Source of the DNA: an uncultured bacterium
GTDB taxonomy: Bacteria > Bacillota_I > Bacilli_A > RFN20 > CAG-826
Assembly (NCBI GenBank): GCA_949293255.1
Contig: CASFCL010000002.1
Span: 30,395 to 94,394 of the forward strand
Direction: 5' to 3'
Length of the DNA stretch: 64,000 nucleotides
Under the pieces are notes generated by a model. The model was not told the DNA's origin. It saw only the letters and a list, made by a program, of their open reading frames with translations, and searched no databases. Below, in pieces: positions 20,401 through 29,317 of this stretch. Every line of letters begins with the position of its first letter. Within the stretch, counting starts at the first letter, position 1. The translations under genes and the position numbers were made by a program.

Positions 20401-23262
20401 AGCGTAGTCTTCACTTAATTTAACGCCTTGGATGATAGTTTCTTTAATTGTTTCATAGTTTCTAACAAAATCTTGTTCAAAAATGTTATTAAGAACACAT
20501 TTATTTTGCATCAAAATTTCTAATATTTTGTTAAAAAACATTACGTTTTTGCGGGTCTTTTTAAAAGTAAAGTTAAATTCACCAAGAAAACTAGTTAAAC
20601 GAATATAATAATTTATCAACGCATCTCTTAAATCAGTAACCAAAGAGAAAAACTTATCATTAATCTTTGTATTATCCAAAATTAGGAGTCCCCTATATGG
20701 ATTTTCACAAAGTTTACCTCTTTGAGATTCTATTTCTTTTAATGTATTTAATCCGTCTACTATTTCTTTTATCCTTTTGTCGTCAAGATGAAGGGCTGCA
20801 AAATAATTGTCACTTTCTTTAAAATCAAACTCTCTTAATTCTTCATATCTTAATACTGCATCGTGTAAAGAATAGATGTACTTCCTCTCTGTAGTTTTGT
20901 TAATAAGTTGATTTAAATATTTCTTTTTTTCTTCTAAATCATTTAAATGGTCATCAAATTCTTTTGGAGAGACAATTCTTTCTAATTCCATAGATTGCTC
21001 AATTTGATTTAAGAAGTCTCTTTTATTTGATTTGCTCGAATGAAGTTCTAAACAGAAGTTACCTAAATGGATTTCATCAATTCTTTTTTTAACAACTTCA
21101 AGAGCAACCATTTTTTCAGCAACAAATAAGACTGATTTTTTGTTATAAAGTGCATTAACAATCATGTTGACGATGGTTTGAGATTTTCCGGTTCCTGGAG
21201 GACCATCTAAAACAAAACTTTCACCTTTTCCACAATCTAAAATAGCTTTTACTTGGGATGAATCAGCACCTAAAGGTATTGCAACATCATCAATTTGAAT
21301 ATTTTTATCGATATCTTTTAAATCAGTATCTTCTTCACTATTTCTATATGGTTTTCCTTCAACAAGACATTTAATAATGTCGTTTTTTAATAGTTCTTCT
21401 TTTCTATTAGAAATATCGTTCCAAATAATATAATTAGCAAAATATAAAATTGATAAATAACATTTATCGTCTTCTACTGTTATTTCACAATCTTCTGATG
21501 ATTTTGATCTAATAAGATTAATAATTGTGTTGTAATCTCTTTCTAAATTTTCTTTATTAACTGAATAAATTTCGTCTAAAGAGATGAGGAAATTTTGTTT
21601 AAGATACTCAAAAAGTGTCGTATTTATCGTAATTGCATCAAAGTTTAAATCTAATTCATAACTGTTATTTGAACCTTTAACTTTAGAAAAAGCTGGTACT
21701 AAAAATAAAGGTGCATAAAAATCTCTTTTACTTCCTCGAGGAGTAAATCTTACAAGACCTAAACTTAAATAAAGAGCGTTCGAACCGGTTTCTTCTACTA
21801 TTCCAACCGCTTTTCTACATAAGCTTCTATAATCATCAACTGATCCAGTAATTGCAAATTTGCCGTTTCTTTCATATTCACGGATTTCAATTAATGAAAC
21901 TTTTTGAATATCGTCGAGATTATTATCAATTTTTGTTGGTACAACTTTTAATTTTTCACTATTAGTAATACTTTCAATAAAGGTTCTTATTGTGCTAATA
22001 AAGATATATGGAGATTTTGAATTAAACTTAAAATTAATTAATCTATTTCTTAAAGAAAGGTCTAATAATTTCCTGCTCCAATAGAAAAACTTATCGTTTT
22101 CCTGCTTCTTTGAGGTAAAAATTACCCCATTATCCGCTGTTGACTTAACTTCAAAATCAACATCGTGCATGATAGGAAAATCGATTATTTCTTCATTTTG
22201 ATCGTTATATTTTATTTCTGGTATTGGTCGATAAATATATTGATGACATTTAAAAATATCAATTGCTTCAAAATATCCATGATAATTTCTTAAATGATTT
22301 CTTGCGGCTTCGTTTGCACCTCTAAATGTTGCCTCTTCCTTATCGTTTGTTAAAAGTGTGCATTCAACTAATTCTATTTGAGTGTTATTGTATGCTGATA
22401 AGTTATAAATATAAGAAGGTGACTCTAAAAAGTACGATTCAAACGTATTTTCACTTAAAAAGCATCCCGCAAAAGCATGACCTTCTTTAATAATCAAAAT
22501 TGGTCTTAATCCAACTGATTCTAAACAAGAACAATATAAAATTGCTAAATCTAAACAAGTTCCTTTTCCATTTATAACGACGTCTTTAGGAAGTCTAACT
22601 TTTTGAAATTCATTAAATGAGGCGGGCGGTAAAACATAAGAGATACCTTTTCTTTTAATAGCTTTAAAAATTGCCATCATTTCTTCTCTAACACTATCAA
22701 TATCGTTAGAAAGATATCCATAAAAAGCAGTTTCTTTGTTTCTTATTCCTTTTAATTCATAAAAAGCACTGTTGATAATTTTTCCAACAATATCATTATT
22801 TGGAGTAACAAATGAACTTAAAATACAAACATCTTCTTTTATTGAAGAAATTTCATTTATTGGGTTTAAAGTGAATAAAATTTGTTCGCTTAAAAGTTCT
22901 TCATAAGTTTTTTCGTTATATAGTTTTACAGTTATATTTACTGGAACTTCTTCGGTTAATTTATATAATTCTTTAACATTTAAATTTATTTTTATTCCTT
23001 CAGAAATATATGTTGTCGATCTTTTAAAAATTGAGGCAATATTTATGTTTTCAATTTGAATAATATCGTTATTGCTTTCAAAAGAAATTACACAATTAGA
23101 ATAATCATCATCTGATTCATTTGTAATAATTATTTTCTCAATTAAAGAATATGGAGTTGTTTTGATTGTTGAGTTTTTTTGCTTATAAAAACAATCAGTT
23201 TGATAATAAACGTAGTTATATTCTTTTCGGTGTATGAATTCTAATTTGATCCCTTTCTCCAT
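17473..23262 (-). CDS. Giant DUF4011 / SF1 helicase / Vsr-like nuclease / DUF3320 protein (Hhe-like) with N-terminal transglutaminase-like domain
   Basis: GTCLD...GHAFAG, WSRKLLDLSLRNRLINF, GPPGTGKSQT, DEASQ, WHYRS, NLENVQGDERD, RRLNVAITRA. Start moved to ATG 23262 (6 nt after TGCTATAAT). Confidence 0.88.
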   Translation of the reverse strand: MEKGIKLEFIHRKEYNYVYYQTDCFYKQKNSTIKTTPYSLIEKIIITNESDDDYSNCVISFESNNDIIQIENINIASIFKRSTTYISEGIKINLNVKELYKLTEEVPVNITVKLYNEKTYEELLSEQILFTLNPINEISSIKEDVCILSSFVTPNNDIVGKIINSAFYELKGIRNKETAFYGYLSNDIDSVREEMMAIFKAIKRKGISYVLPPASFNEFQKVRLPKDVVINGKGTCLDLAILYCSCLESVGLRPILIIKEGHAFAGCFLSENTFESYFLESPSYIYNLSAYNNTQIELVECTLLTNDKEEATFRGANEAARNHLRNYHGYFEAIDIFKCHQYIYRPIPEIKYNDQNEEIIDFPIMHDVDFEVKSTADNGVIFTSKKQENDKFFYWSRKLLDLSLRNRLINFKFNSKSPYIFISTIRTFIESITNSEKLKVVPTKIDNNLDDIQKVSLIEIREYERNGKFAITGSVDDYRSLCRKAVGIVEETGSNALYLSLGLVRFTPRGSKRDFYAPLFLVPAFSKVKGSNNSYELDLNFDAITINTTLFEYLKQNFLISLDEIYSVNKENLERDYNTIINLIRSKSSEDCEITVEDDKCYLSILYFANYIIWNDISNRKEELLKNDIIKCLVEGKPYRNSEEDTDLKDIDKNIQIDDVAIPLGADSSQVKAILDCGKGESFVLDGPPGTGKSQTIVNMIVNALYNKKSVLFVAEKMVALEVVKKRIDEIHLGNFCLELHSSKSNKRDFLNQIEQSMELERIVSPKEFDDHLNDLEEKKKYLNQLINKTTERKYIYSLHDAVLRYEELREFDFKESDNYFAALHLDDKRIKEIVDGLNTLKEIESQRGKLCENPYRGLLILDNTKINDKFFSLVTDLRDALINYYIRLTSFLGEFNFTFKKTRKNVMFFNKILEILMQNKCVLNNIFEQDFVRNYETIKETIIQGVKLSEDYAYLFKTFKKSVLNIDEDYIKEVIETLKSGNVFTKFFAKHNIKRELKAYLEIKEHKLTNKEIEKYLFLLNLIKEEEQSINLKTQYIEQFERISEDLTEVNFKNLLVRFDNGLDLLNKVDLLLKDMPENEVLENKLRFCEIFDLKDGENVKNNIEIMIQEISKVRDYEAEFSNKYDFVFLTDFDEIDSSYMGSCIASLNKALDEKNEIYNLIIFNRVLKELEDLGLYKYIIQKYRVGIFSVEELKNRFLVSVYKVILNNYFKDPYYNEFNGILFNEAIKKYDELLSNFSTLVIEKTANILTQDFPVSNVRYAESSKIYSLRKLIKNGGRGQTIRGILEDYEDLIRTFCPCFFMSPLSAAQYLSLDTKKFDIVIFDEASQIPTCEAIGAISRGNSLIVAGDPQQMPPTNFFKANITSLDEYDESIVYEDLESLLDDCITLKMKRNRLLWHYRSAHESLIAFSNNYFYDHNLYTFPSPDNKLSKVSFNYLKDGVYESGINKVEAKAIVKEIIHRLDDPILSKQSIGIVCFNIKQQEFVYKELQKEVMDNPKYLELINNEEDPLFIKNLENVQGDERDVIIFSVGFGYNPEGKFLHNFGPLSLDKGERRLNVAITRARKEMIIYSSIKSSDIDARRVKNKGAAVLKSFLLYAEQGLESLEIENKNQIISEIGVQNFIKEDLAKLGIESDINVGDSKFKIDLCIKNSEGKYILGIICDSDTYLSTPTCRDRNYVHSLILTRLKWKIIRIFTIDYFKNKDQVIKDILKALENLENLDNNVDEIEVDDVNFEKAETNESHRKKDYLKYKVFNSFNYENYQVERMYPELVTSLENVINYEGPISENLLLQRFKDFFGLERVGPKVKRLFNIQLRYVKSKKVAEINGYFYYPLSINLDTMDYYRTSSIYQRSLEQLPIVEVKNAMIEILKLQREITLEDMIKSVGYAFGASSISLQSSIKIKEMIDYILAFYKDFTTNQGKIDLKK

Positions 23263-23373
23263 AAAAAAATTATAGCACAAGTGTATTTTCTATTATTACA
23301 CATTTTATATTAAATTTTTATAAAAATTTTAATTTTATCCACGATTAGCGCGTTTTTTTGGGACATAAAAAAT

Positions 23374-23398
23374 AAAAAAAGCCCTAATTTCTTAGGAC
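23374..23398 (-). terminator. Intrinsic terminator after rpsR
   Basis: GTCCTAA-GAAA-TTAGGGC followed by T7 on the minus strand. Confidence 0.8.
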
Positions 23399-23418
23399 CT
23401 TATACACTTCTATTTCAA

Positions 23419-23646
23419 TTAGTCAGCGATATATGGTAATAAAGCCATGTATCTTGCTCTTTTAATTGCTCTAGCAAGTTCTCTTTGATATTTAGCACTT
23501 GTTCCGGTTAATCTACGTGGTGAGATTCTTCCGCTTGGAGTGATAAATTTCTTTAAAGTTTCTACATCTTTATAATCAATATATTTGATTTTATTTTTTG
23601 TAAAGTAGCAAACTTTTTTTCTAGCTCTTTTCTTAATAAATGCCAT
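23419..23646 (-). CDS. rpsR: 30S ribosomal protein S18
   Basis: KKVCYF...IDYKD...[11 protein letters not shown]...[13 protein letters not shown]. Confidence 0.98.
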   Translation of the reverse strand: MAFIKKRARKKVCYFTKNKIKYIDYKDVETLKKFITPSGRISPRRLTGTSAKYQRELARAIKRARYMALLPYIAD

Positions 23647-23665
23647 CTTTAAGTCTCCTTATAAA

Positions 23666-24097
23666 TTAGAATGGAAGATCGTCGTCAGCTACATCATTTC
23701 CAAGGACATCATCGATTGAAGCATCATCATCCATTGTTGAATCAGTTAATGATACGCTGTCACTTGTTGTGTTGGTATTTGACTTAGCGCTTCCAGTAAG
23801 TTGAATGTTGTCAGCAACAATTTCAATTGTGCTAACATTTGTGCCGTCTTGTCTTTGGTATTTGTTTTCTTGTAATCTTCCTTCAAGAACAAGTTGACTA
23901 CCCTTTTTACCATAATTGCAAATATACTCAGCAGTCTTATTAAATACAGAAACTCTTACAAAGTTGCTTTTATTGTTTTCTTTTGAATAAGATGAATCAA
24001 AAGCAACACTTAATGTAGTAACAGCAGTTCCTGTAGATGTTCTTCTTAATTCTGGATCACGAGCTAAACGACCTAATAAAACAACACGATTAATCAT
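23666..24097 (-). CDS. ssb: Single-stranded DNA-binding protein
   Basis: MINRVVLLGRLARDPELR; C-terminal DDDLPF. Confidence 0.97.
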   Translation of the reverse strand: MINRVVLLGRLARDPELRRTSTGTAVTTLSVAFDSSYSKENNKSNFVRVSVFNKTAEYICNYGKKGSQLVLEGRLQENKYQRQDGTNVSTIEIVADNIQLTGSAKSNTNTTSDSVSLTDSTMDDDASIDDVLGNDVADDDLPF

Positions 24098-24113
24098 AAA
24101 TTTTTCCTCCCAA

Positions 24114-24404
24114 TTAATCTTGATCGACAGTAATTAAATATCTTAATACATTGCTATCGATTTTACTGAGACGGTCAAATTCTTTAGTTTCATCTGCACT
24201 GTCGCATTCAATCTTTAAAATGACGTAATATCCTTTTGGTTGTTTTTTGATAGGATATGCAAGATCTTTTACACCCCATTCAGTAACCTTTGTAATTTTG
24301 GTTCCTGCTTTGGTAAGGTGTCCATGGAGTTTATCCATTTCTGCTTTTCTTGCGGCGTCATCAAGGTCTGCTTTTAAGATGTACATAATTTCGTACTTTT
24401 TCAT
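24114..24404 (-). CDS. rpsF: 30S ribosomal protein S6
   Basis: MKKYEIMYIL...WGVKDLAYPIKK..GYY...VLRYL. Confidence 0.98.
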   Translation of the reverse strand: MKKYEIMYILKADLDDAARKAEMDKLHGHLTKAGTKITKVTEWGVKDLAYPIKKQPKGYYVILKIECDSADETKEFDRLSKIDSNVLRYLITVDQD

Positions 24405-24477
24405 ACCTTTACCTCCCTTTGGACAATCTGCCCCAACTTAAGCCACCGTTGAGGAGAGAAGAGCACAAATTTGTGCT
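24405..24477 (-). promoter_or_regulatory. rpsF leader (S6:S18 autoregulatory RNA-like)
   Basis: Hairpin CTCCTCAAC...GTTGGGG then GTCCAAAGGGAGGT next to the SD, resembling Firmicutes rpsF leaders; 16-bp palindrome AGCACAAATTTGTGCT at 24462-24477. Confidence 0.6.
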
Positions 24478-24488
24478 GTAATATTTTA

Positions 24489-24570
24489 TCGAAATTCCCC
24501 ACTCTTTGTAAAGAATAATTTGACCTCCCCTTTACTAACAAGATTGCTGGAATTTCGAAAAATTACCAAA
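24489..24570 (-). repeat. Copy 2 of ~48-nt structured repeat (element A)
   Basis: Minus strand TTTGGTAATTTTTCGAAATTCCAGCAATCTTGTTAGTAAAGGGGAGGT; 10-bp stem TCGAAATTCC/GGAATTTCGA (24549-24558 with 24489-24498). Confidence 0.75.
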
Positions 24571-24576
24571 CTTTTT

Positions 24577-26061
24577 TTATTTTTCGTCTTTCATTGTTGG
24601 GAACAAGATAACTTCCCTAATGTTTTGGACTCCTAATAAGAGCATTACAAGTCTATCGATACCGATTCCAATACCACCAGCTGGAGGCATACCATAATTA
24701 AGAGCATCTAAGAAGTTGTAATCCATTTCATTAGCTTCATCATCTCCTAATTCTTTTGCTTTTAATTGAGCAATAAATCTTTCTTTTTGATCGATAGGAT
24801 CGTTTAATTCGCTATATGCGTTAGCATATTCGGTTCCGTTTACATAAAATTCAAATCTTTCTGTAAATCTTGGGTCTTTTCCTTTTTTGGTTAATGGTGA
24901 AATTTCAATTGGGTGACCATAAAGGAATGTTGGTTGAACTAAATCTTTTTCACAGAATTCTTCGAATAATGCATTTAATAAATATCCATTACTTGTCCAA
25001 TGTTTTTCAACTTTAATTCCTTTGGATTCGGTGAATTTCTTTGCTTCTTCAAATGAAATATCACTTGTAAAATCAATTCCTAATGTTTCTTTGACTAAAT
25101 CTGCCATTGAAACCCATTTAAATTCAGGATCAAAATCGATTTCAACATCACCACACATGACTTTTCTGGTTCCTAAAACTTCATCACAAACATTTCTGAT
25201 GACATTTTCTGTTAATCTTCTCATTGATTGTAAATCACCGAAAGCTTCATAAAGTTCAACGGTTGTAAATTCAGGATTATGCTTTGTATCCATACCTTCA
25301 TTTCTAAAAAGTCTTCCAAATTCATAAACTTTTTCTAAACCACCAACTAATAATTTTTTAAGTGGTAATTCGGTTGCAATTCTTAAATAGAAATCTTTAT
25401 TTAATGTATTGTGGTGAGTAATAAATGGTTTAGCATTTGCTCCACCTAAGATTGGTTGAAGAGTTGATGTTTCAACTTCAATAAAACCTAATGAATCAAA
25501 ATAATGTTGCATTGAACGAATAATTCTTGGTCTTAAAAGAGCAATTCTTTTACTATCTTCGTTCATGATTAAATCGACATATCTATGTCTAAATCTTTCC
25601 TCAACATCAGTTAAACCATGATATTTTTCAGGAAGTGGTTGTAATGATTTGGTTAAGAATGTGAATTTTTCAACTTTGATTGTTAATTCGCCGGTTCTTG
25701 TAAGCATTAAATAACCTTCAAGACCGACAATATCACCAACATCAACAAGTTTGAAAATGTTGTAATTTTCTTCACCAACACTATCAATTGAGATATATGC
25801 TTGAATTTTTCCTTCTTTATCTTGAATGTTTAAAAATGAAGCTTTTCCCATTTTTCTAAGGAACATAATTCTTCCTGCAACTTTAACTTCAATTTTATTT
25901 GCTTCTAATTCTTCGTTTGTTTTATCTTTTGCTTTTTCTCTACATGACTTTGATGAGTCAGTTCTATCATATCTTTGGCCCCATGGATCTACGCCTAATT
26001 CTTTTAACTTTTTTAACTTTTCTCTTCTGGCCAACACTTGATCATTTAATTTTTCTTCCAT
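24577..26061 (-). CDS. lysS: Lysine--tRNA ligase (class II)
   Basis: VAGRIMFLR, KYHGLTDVEERFRHRY, LRIATELPLK, FRNEG..HNPEFT, YGMPPAGGIGIGIDRL. Confidence 0.98.
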   Translation of the reverse strand: MEEKLNDQVLARREKLKKLKELGVDPWGQRYDRTDSSKSCREKAKDKTNEELEANKIEVKVAGRIMFLRKMGKASFLNIQDKEGKIQAYISIDSVGEENYNIFKLVDVGDIVGLEGYLMLTRTGELTIKVEKFTFLTKSLQPLPEKYHGLTDVEERFRHRYVDLIMNEDSKRIALLRPRIIRSMQHYFDSLGFIEVETSTLQPILGGANAKPFITHHNTLNKDFYLRIATELPLKKLLVGGLEKVYEFGRLFRNEGMDTKHNPEFTTVELYEAFGDLQSMRRLTENVIRNVCDEVLGTRKVMCGDVEIDFDPEFKWVSMADLVKETLGIDFTSDISFEEAKKFTESKGIKVEKHWTSNGYLLNALFEEFCEKDLVQPTFLYGHPIEISPLTKKGKDPRFTERFEFYVNGTEYANAYSELNDPIDQKERFIAQLKAKELGDDEANEMDYNFLDALNYGMPPAGGIGIGIDRLVMLLLGVQNIREVILFPTMKDEK

Positions 26062-26086
26062 GATTAGTCTCCTTTAAGTTCCCATA

Positions 26087-26108
26087 TTATACAAATTTAT
26101 TTGTATAA
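26087..26108 (-). promoter_or_regulatory. lysS promoter -10 (TGTATAAT) overlapping a 10-bp inverted repeat
   Basis: TTATACAAAT-TT-ATTTGTATAA; SD AAGGAG downstream. Confidence 0.5.
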
Positions 26109-26109
26109 A

Positions 26110-27087
26110 TTAAATTTTTTTATCTCTAATTTCGTTTAATATTTCGTCCAATTGGTCGATACTATTTAAATTTAATGCAATTTTTTGTCTAATTAGCTTT
26201 GAATTAACAAAATTTTGGAAAAATTTTGGTGCAATTCCTCTTAAAACTGCGCTTGCTCGGTTATTGCCTAATTCTTCTTTTAATAAATGCGAATACTCTC
26301 TTAAATATTCAATTTGTTCATCAATTATTACTGTTTCATTATACTCTTTTTTTTCTAAAGCAAGATTAATGTTTCTTACTAAATTTGGATTTCCAATTCC
26401 ACCTCTAGCTACCAAAATTGCATCTGCTTTTGTAATTTCTAAAGCATTAAGTGCGTCTTTTACAGTATAAATATCTCCACTTACTCCAAAAGGAATTTTT
26501 ATTAAGTTTCTGATATTTTTTAATGCTTCAAAATTTGGTTTACCAGTGTAGCCTTGATCTTTGGTTCTTGCATGAATTGCAATAAATTTTACTCCGGCTT
26601 TTTCAAGTGTTTGAACAGTTTCATCTATATTTATTTTTGAATAGCCTAATCTAACTTTTGCAGTTACTGGTTTTTTAGATTTTTTACAAATAGCCTCCAT
26701 CATTTCAAACATCTTTTCTTGGTCTAAAAGCCAGCTGCTGCCAGAATGATTTTTAGTAACTTTTGGAACTGGGCAAGCTAAATTAATATCTAAAAAATCA
26801 TAATCAACATTTAACTTTTCTAGTTGATCAATTGCCTTTAGTAAAGTTTCTTTTGACCCTCCAAAAAGTTGAATTGCAAGTGGTCTATCGCTTCTATCGC
26901 TTTGAATTAAATCTTTAGTTTTTTGATTATCATAAATTAATCCAAAATCACTAATCATTTCTGAATAAGTTAATCCACAACCAAACTTATTCATCAATTT
27001 TCTATAAGAAAAAGAAGTTATCCCCGCCATTGGAGCGAGGATAACTCTTGATTTAATTTCAATGTTATCAATGTAAAACGATGACAT
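26110..27087 (-). CDS. dusB: tRNA-dihydrouridine synthase
   Basis: LAPMAGIT, IQLFG, DINLACPVPKV, VTAKVRLG, IHART. Confidence 0.93.
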   Translation of the reverse strand: MSSFYIDNIEIKSRVILAPMAGITSFSYRKLMNKFGCGLTYSEMISDFGLIYDNQKTKDLIQSDRSDRPLAIQLFGGSKETLLKAIDQLEKLNVDYDFLDINLACPVPKVTKNHSGSSWLLDQEKMFEMMEAICKKSKKPVTAKVRLGYSKINIDETVQTLEKAGVKFIAIHARTKDQGYTGKPNFEALKNIRNLIKIPFGVSGDIYTVKDALNALEITKADAILVARGGIGNPNLVRNINLALEKKEYNETVIIDEQIEYLREYSHLLKEELGNNRASAVLRGIAPKFFQNFVNSKLIRQKIALNLNSIDQLDEILNEIRDKKI

Positions 27088-27099
27088 AAATTAATATTT

Positions 27100-29295
27100 T
27101 TATTCAGGATTAGAAGTGTTTTCGGTGTTTTCTTCTGGTTTTTGCTCTTCTGCAGCCTTTGGTTCTTCACCATTAATTTGTTCATCAGTAACAAACTTTT
27201 CTTTGTTTGCTTCAGATGCACTTCTTGCTGCTTCTTTTTGAGTTATTGATTCTTTTGGCATCTCACGATGTTCAAGTAAGTAAGCTATTTCTTCTTCATT
27301 AATTGTTTCATATTCAAGAAGAGTTTTGGCAATTAATTCGACATCTTCTCTTCTTTCTTTAATGATTCTAATTGCTTCGTTATGAGCAGAATCAATGATC
27401 TTTCTAATTTCTTTATCAATTTCATCAGCAACAGCAATTGAGAAATTCTTTTGAGCGTTACTATAATCTCTTCCTAAGAAAACTGAACCAGTGTTTTTCT
27501 CGTATTGAATTGGGCCTAATGATGACATACCGTATTCAACAACCATAAGTCTAGCAATATGGGTTGCTCTTTCGATATCATTACTTGCTCCGGTAGAAAC
27601 ATCTTCGAAGAATACTTCTTCTGAACTTCTTCCGCCTAATAATCCAATAATTTCTGCTTCAAGTTCTTTCTTAGTTAATAAGAATCTATCTTCTTCAGGT
27701 CCCATTAAGACGTGACCACCAGTTCTTCCTCTTGGAATAATGGTAATTTTTCTAACTTTATCAGCATGCTTTAATGTTAAACCGATAATTGCATGACCTG
27801 ATTCATGGTAAGCGACTTGTTGTCTTTCTTTTTCTTGCATACCTTTTGAAGATTTTGCTGGACCAGCAATTCTTCTATCGATAGCTTCATCAATATCAGC
27901 CATTGTAATTAATGGTCTATTTCCTCTAACTGTAAGAATTGCAGCTTCATTTAAGATATTTGCAATATCAGCACCTGAGAAACCAACTGTTCTTTTTGCA
28001 AGTTGTCCAAAATCGATTGATGGATCAAGTTTTTTATTTCTTGAATGGACTTTGAAGATTGCTTCTCTTCCAGCTTTATCTGGTAAGTTAACAGTAATTT
28101 GTCTATCAAATCTTCCAGCTCTTAATAAAGCAGGATCTAAAACATCATCTCTATTAGTTGCTGCAATTACAATGATTCCTGAATTTTCTTCAAAACCATC
28201 TAATTCAACAAGTAATTGGTTAAGTGTTTGTTCTCTTTCGTCGTTTCCACCACCTAAACCAGCTCCTCTTTCTCTACCGACAGCATCAATTTCATCAATA
28301 AAGATTAAACATGGGGCATTTTGTTTTGCGGTTTTGAAAAGATCTCTAACTCTTCCTGCGCCAACACCAACGAACATTTCAACAAAATCTGAACCAGAGA
28401 TTGAGAAGAATGGAACTCCTGCTTCTCCAGCAACTGCTTTTGCAAGTAATGTTTTACCTGTTCCTGGTGGGCCCACAAGTAATAATCCTTTTGGCAATTT
28501 AGCACCAACTTTTGTATATTTCTTTGGATCCTTTAAATAATCGACAACTTCAATTAATTCATTCTTTTCTTCATCACATCCTGCAACATCAGAGAATTTA
28601 ACTTTTGAATCATCAACTCTTCTAGCTCTAGATTTATTGAAATCCATTGCTCTGCTATTGCTTCCAGCAGATGATGTTAATAATCTAAAGAAGAATATTG
28701 CAACTACAACAAAGATAACTACTGTTAAAATTGTTGGCATCCATGATAAGAATGGATTTTCTTGATAAATTTCATCATTATAAGTAAGTTGATCTACTCT
28801 ATTAAATTGTGTTACTTGGTTATTTTGAAGAATATTAATTGCTCCGTTTGTTGCAATATATTCTTTGGTTCCTTCAATATCTTGATAGATAGCTGAATAA
28901 ACATTTAATGATGCATATTTATAAAAATGAGGTGTATCAACACCATTTTCTGATGTTATGTATGTACTATATCCCCAATCAGCACCTGTATTTTCACCAA
29001 CTTCGCTTAATAATTGGAAGGTATAATAATTAATTACATAGGTTTCGCCTTCAACTCTATCAGCTACAGCGACATTAACTTGTTTATAAGCACCATAATC
29101 TGTTGAATCATATCTTAAGATTCTATGGTTATCCTCTTCATCATCGTAAATTAATCTTATAGCATCTCCAGTTGTTAAAGTGGTGTAAGGATTTGAAAAT
29201 GCATTAACGACAAAATAAATAATTAATCCAGCTACGACAGCTATTACTAAATAGACAAGTAAACTGAACCAGACAGATCTTTTTCTTTCTTTCAT
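27100..29295 (-). CDS. ftsH: ATP-dependent zinc metalloprotease FtsH
   Basis: Two TM segments, [34 protein letters not shown]. Confidence 0.98.
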   Translation of the reverse strand: MKERKRSVWFSLLVYLVIAVVAGLIIYFVVNAFSNPYTTLTTGDAIRLIYDDEEDNHRILRYDSTDYGAYKQVNVAVADRVEGETYVINYYTFQLLSEVGENTGADWGYSTYITSENGVDTPHFYKYASLNVYSAIYQDIEGTKEYIATNGAINILQNNQVTQFNRVDQLTYNDEIYQENPFLSWMPTILTVVIFVVVAIFFFRLLTSSAGSNSRAMDFNKSRARRVDDSKVKFSDVAGCDEEKNELIEVVDYLKDPKKYTKVGAKLPKGLLLVGPPGTGKTLLAKAVAGEAGVPFFSISGSDFVEMFVGVGAGRVRDLFKTAKQNAPCLIFIDEIDAVGRERGAGLGGGNDEREQTLNQLLVELDGFEENSGIIVIAATNRDDVLDPALLRAGRFDRQITVNLPDKAGREAIFKVHSRNKKLDPSIDFGQLAKRTVGFSGADIANILNEAAILTVRGNRPLITMADIDEAIDRRIAGPAKSSKGMQEKERQQVAYHESGHAIIGLTLKHADKVRKITIIPRGRTGGHVLMGPEEDRFLLTKKELEAEIIGLLGGRSSEEVFFEDVSTGASNDIERATHIARLMVVEYGMSSLGPIQYEKNTGSVFLGRDYSNAQKNFSIAVADEIDKEIRKIIDSAHNEAIRIIKERREDVELIAKTLLEYETINEEEIAYLLEHREMPKESITQKEAARSASEANKEKFVTDEQINGEEPKAAEEQKPEENTENTSNPE

Positions 29296-29317
29296 ATCGT
29301 TCCTCCTTTAACGTTAA

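Noticed and set aside
23335-23343. Isolated DnaA-box-like TTATCCACG upstream of the helicase
   Set aside because: Single one-mismatch 9-mer, expected by chance.
888-24570. Element A or motif B as CRISPR repeats or integron attC sites
   Set aside because: Copies are kilobases apart with no spacer periodicity, no GTTRRRY/RYYYAAC ends, and no cas or integrase gene.
26062-26109. T-box leaders for lysS or serS
   Set aside because: The lysS spacer is 48 nt and serS overlaps its upstream gene; no T-box sequence is present.
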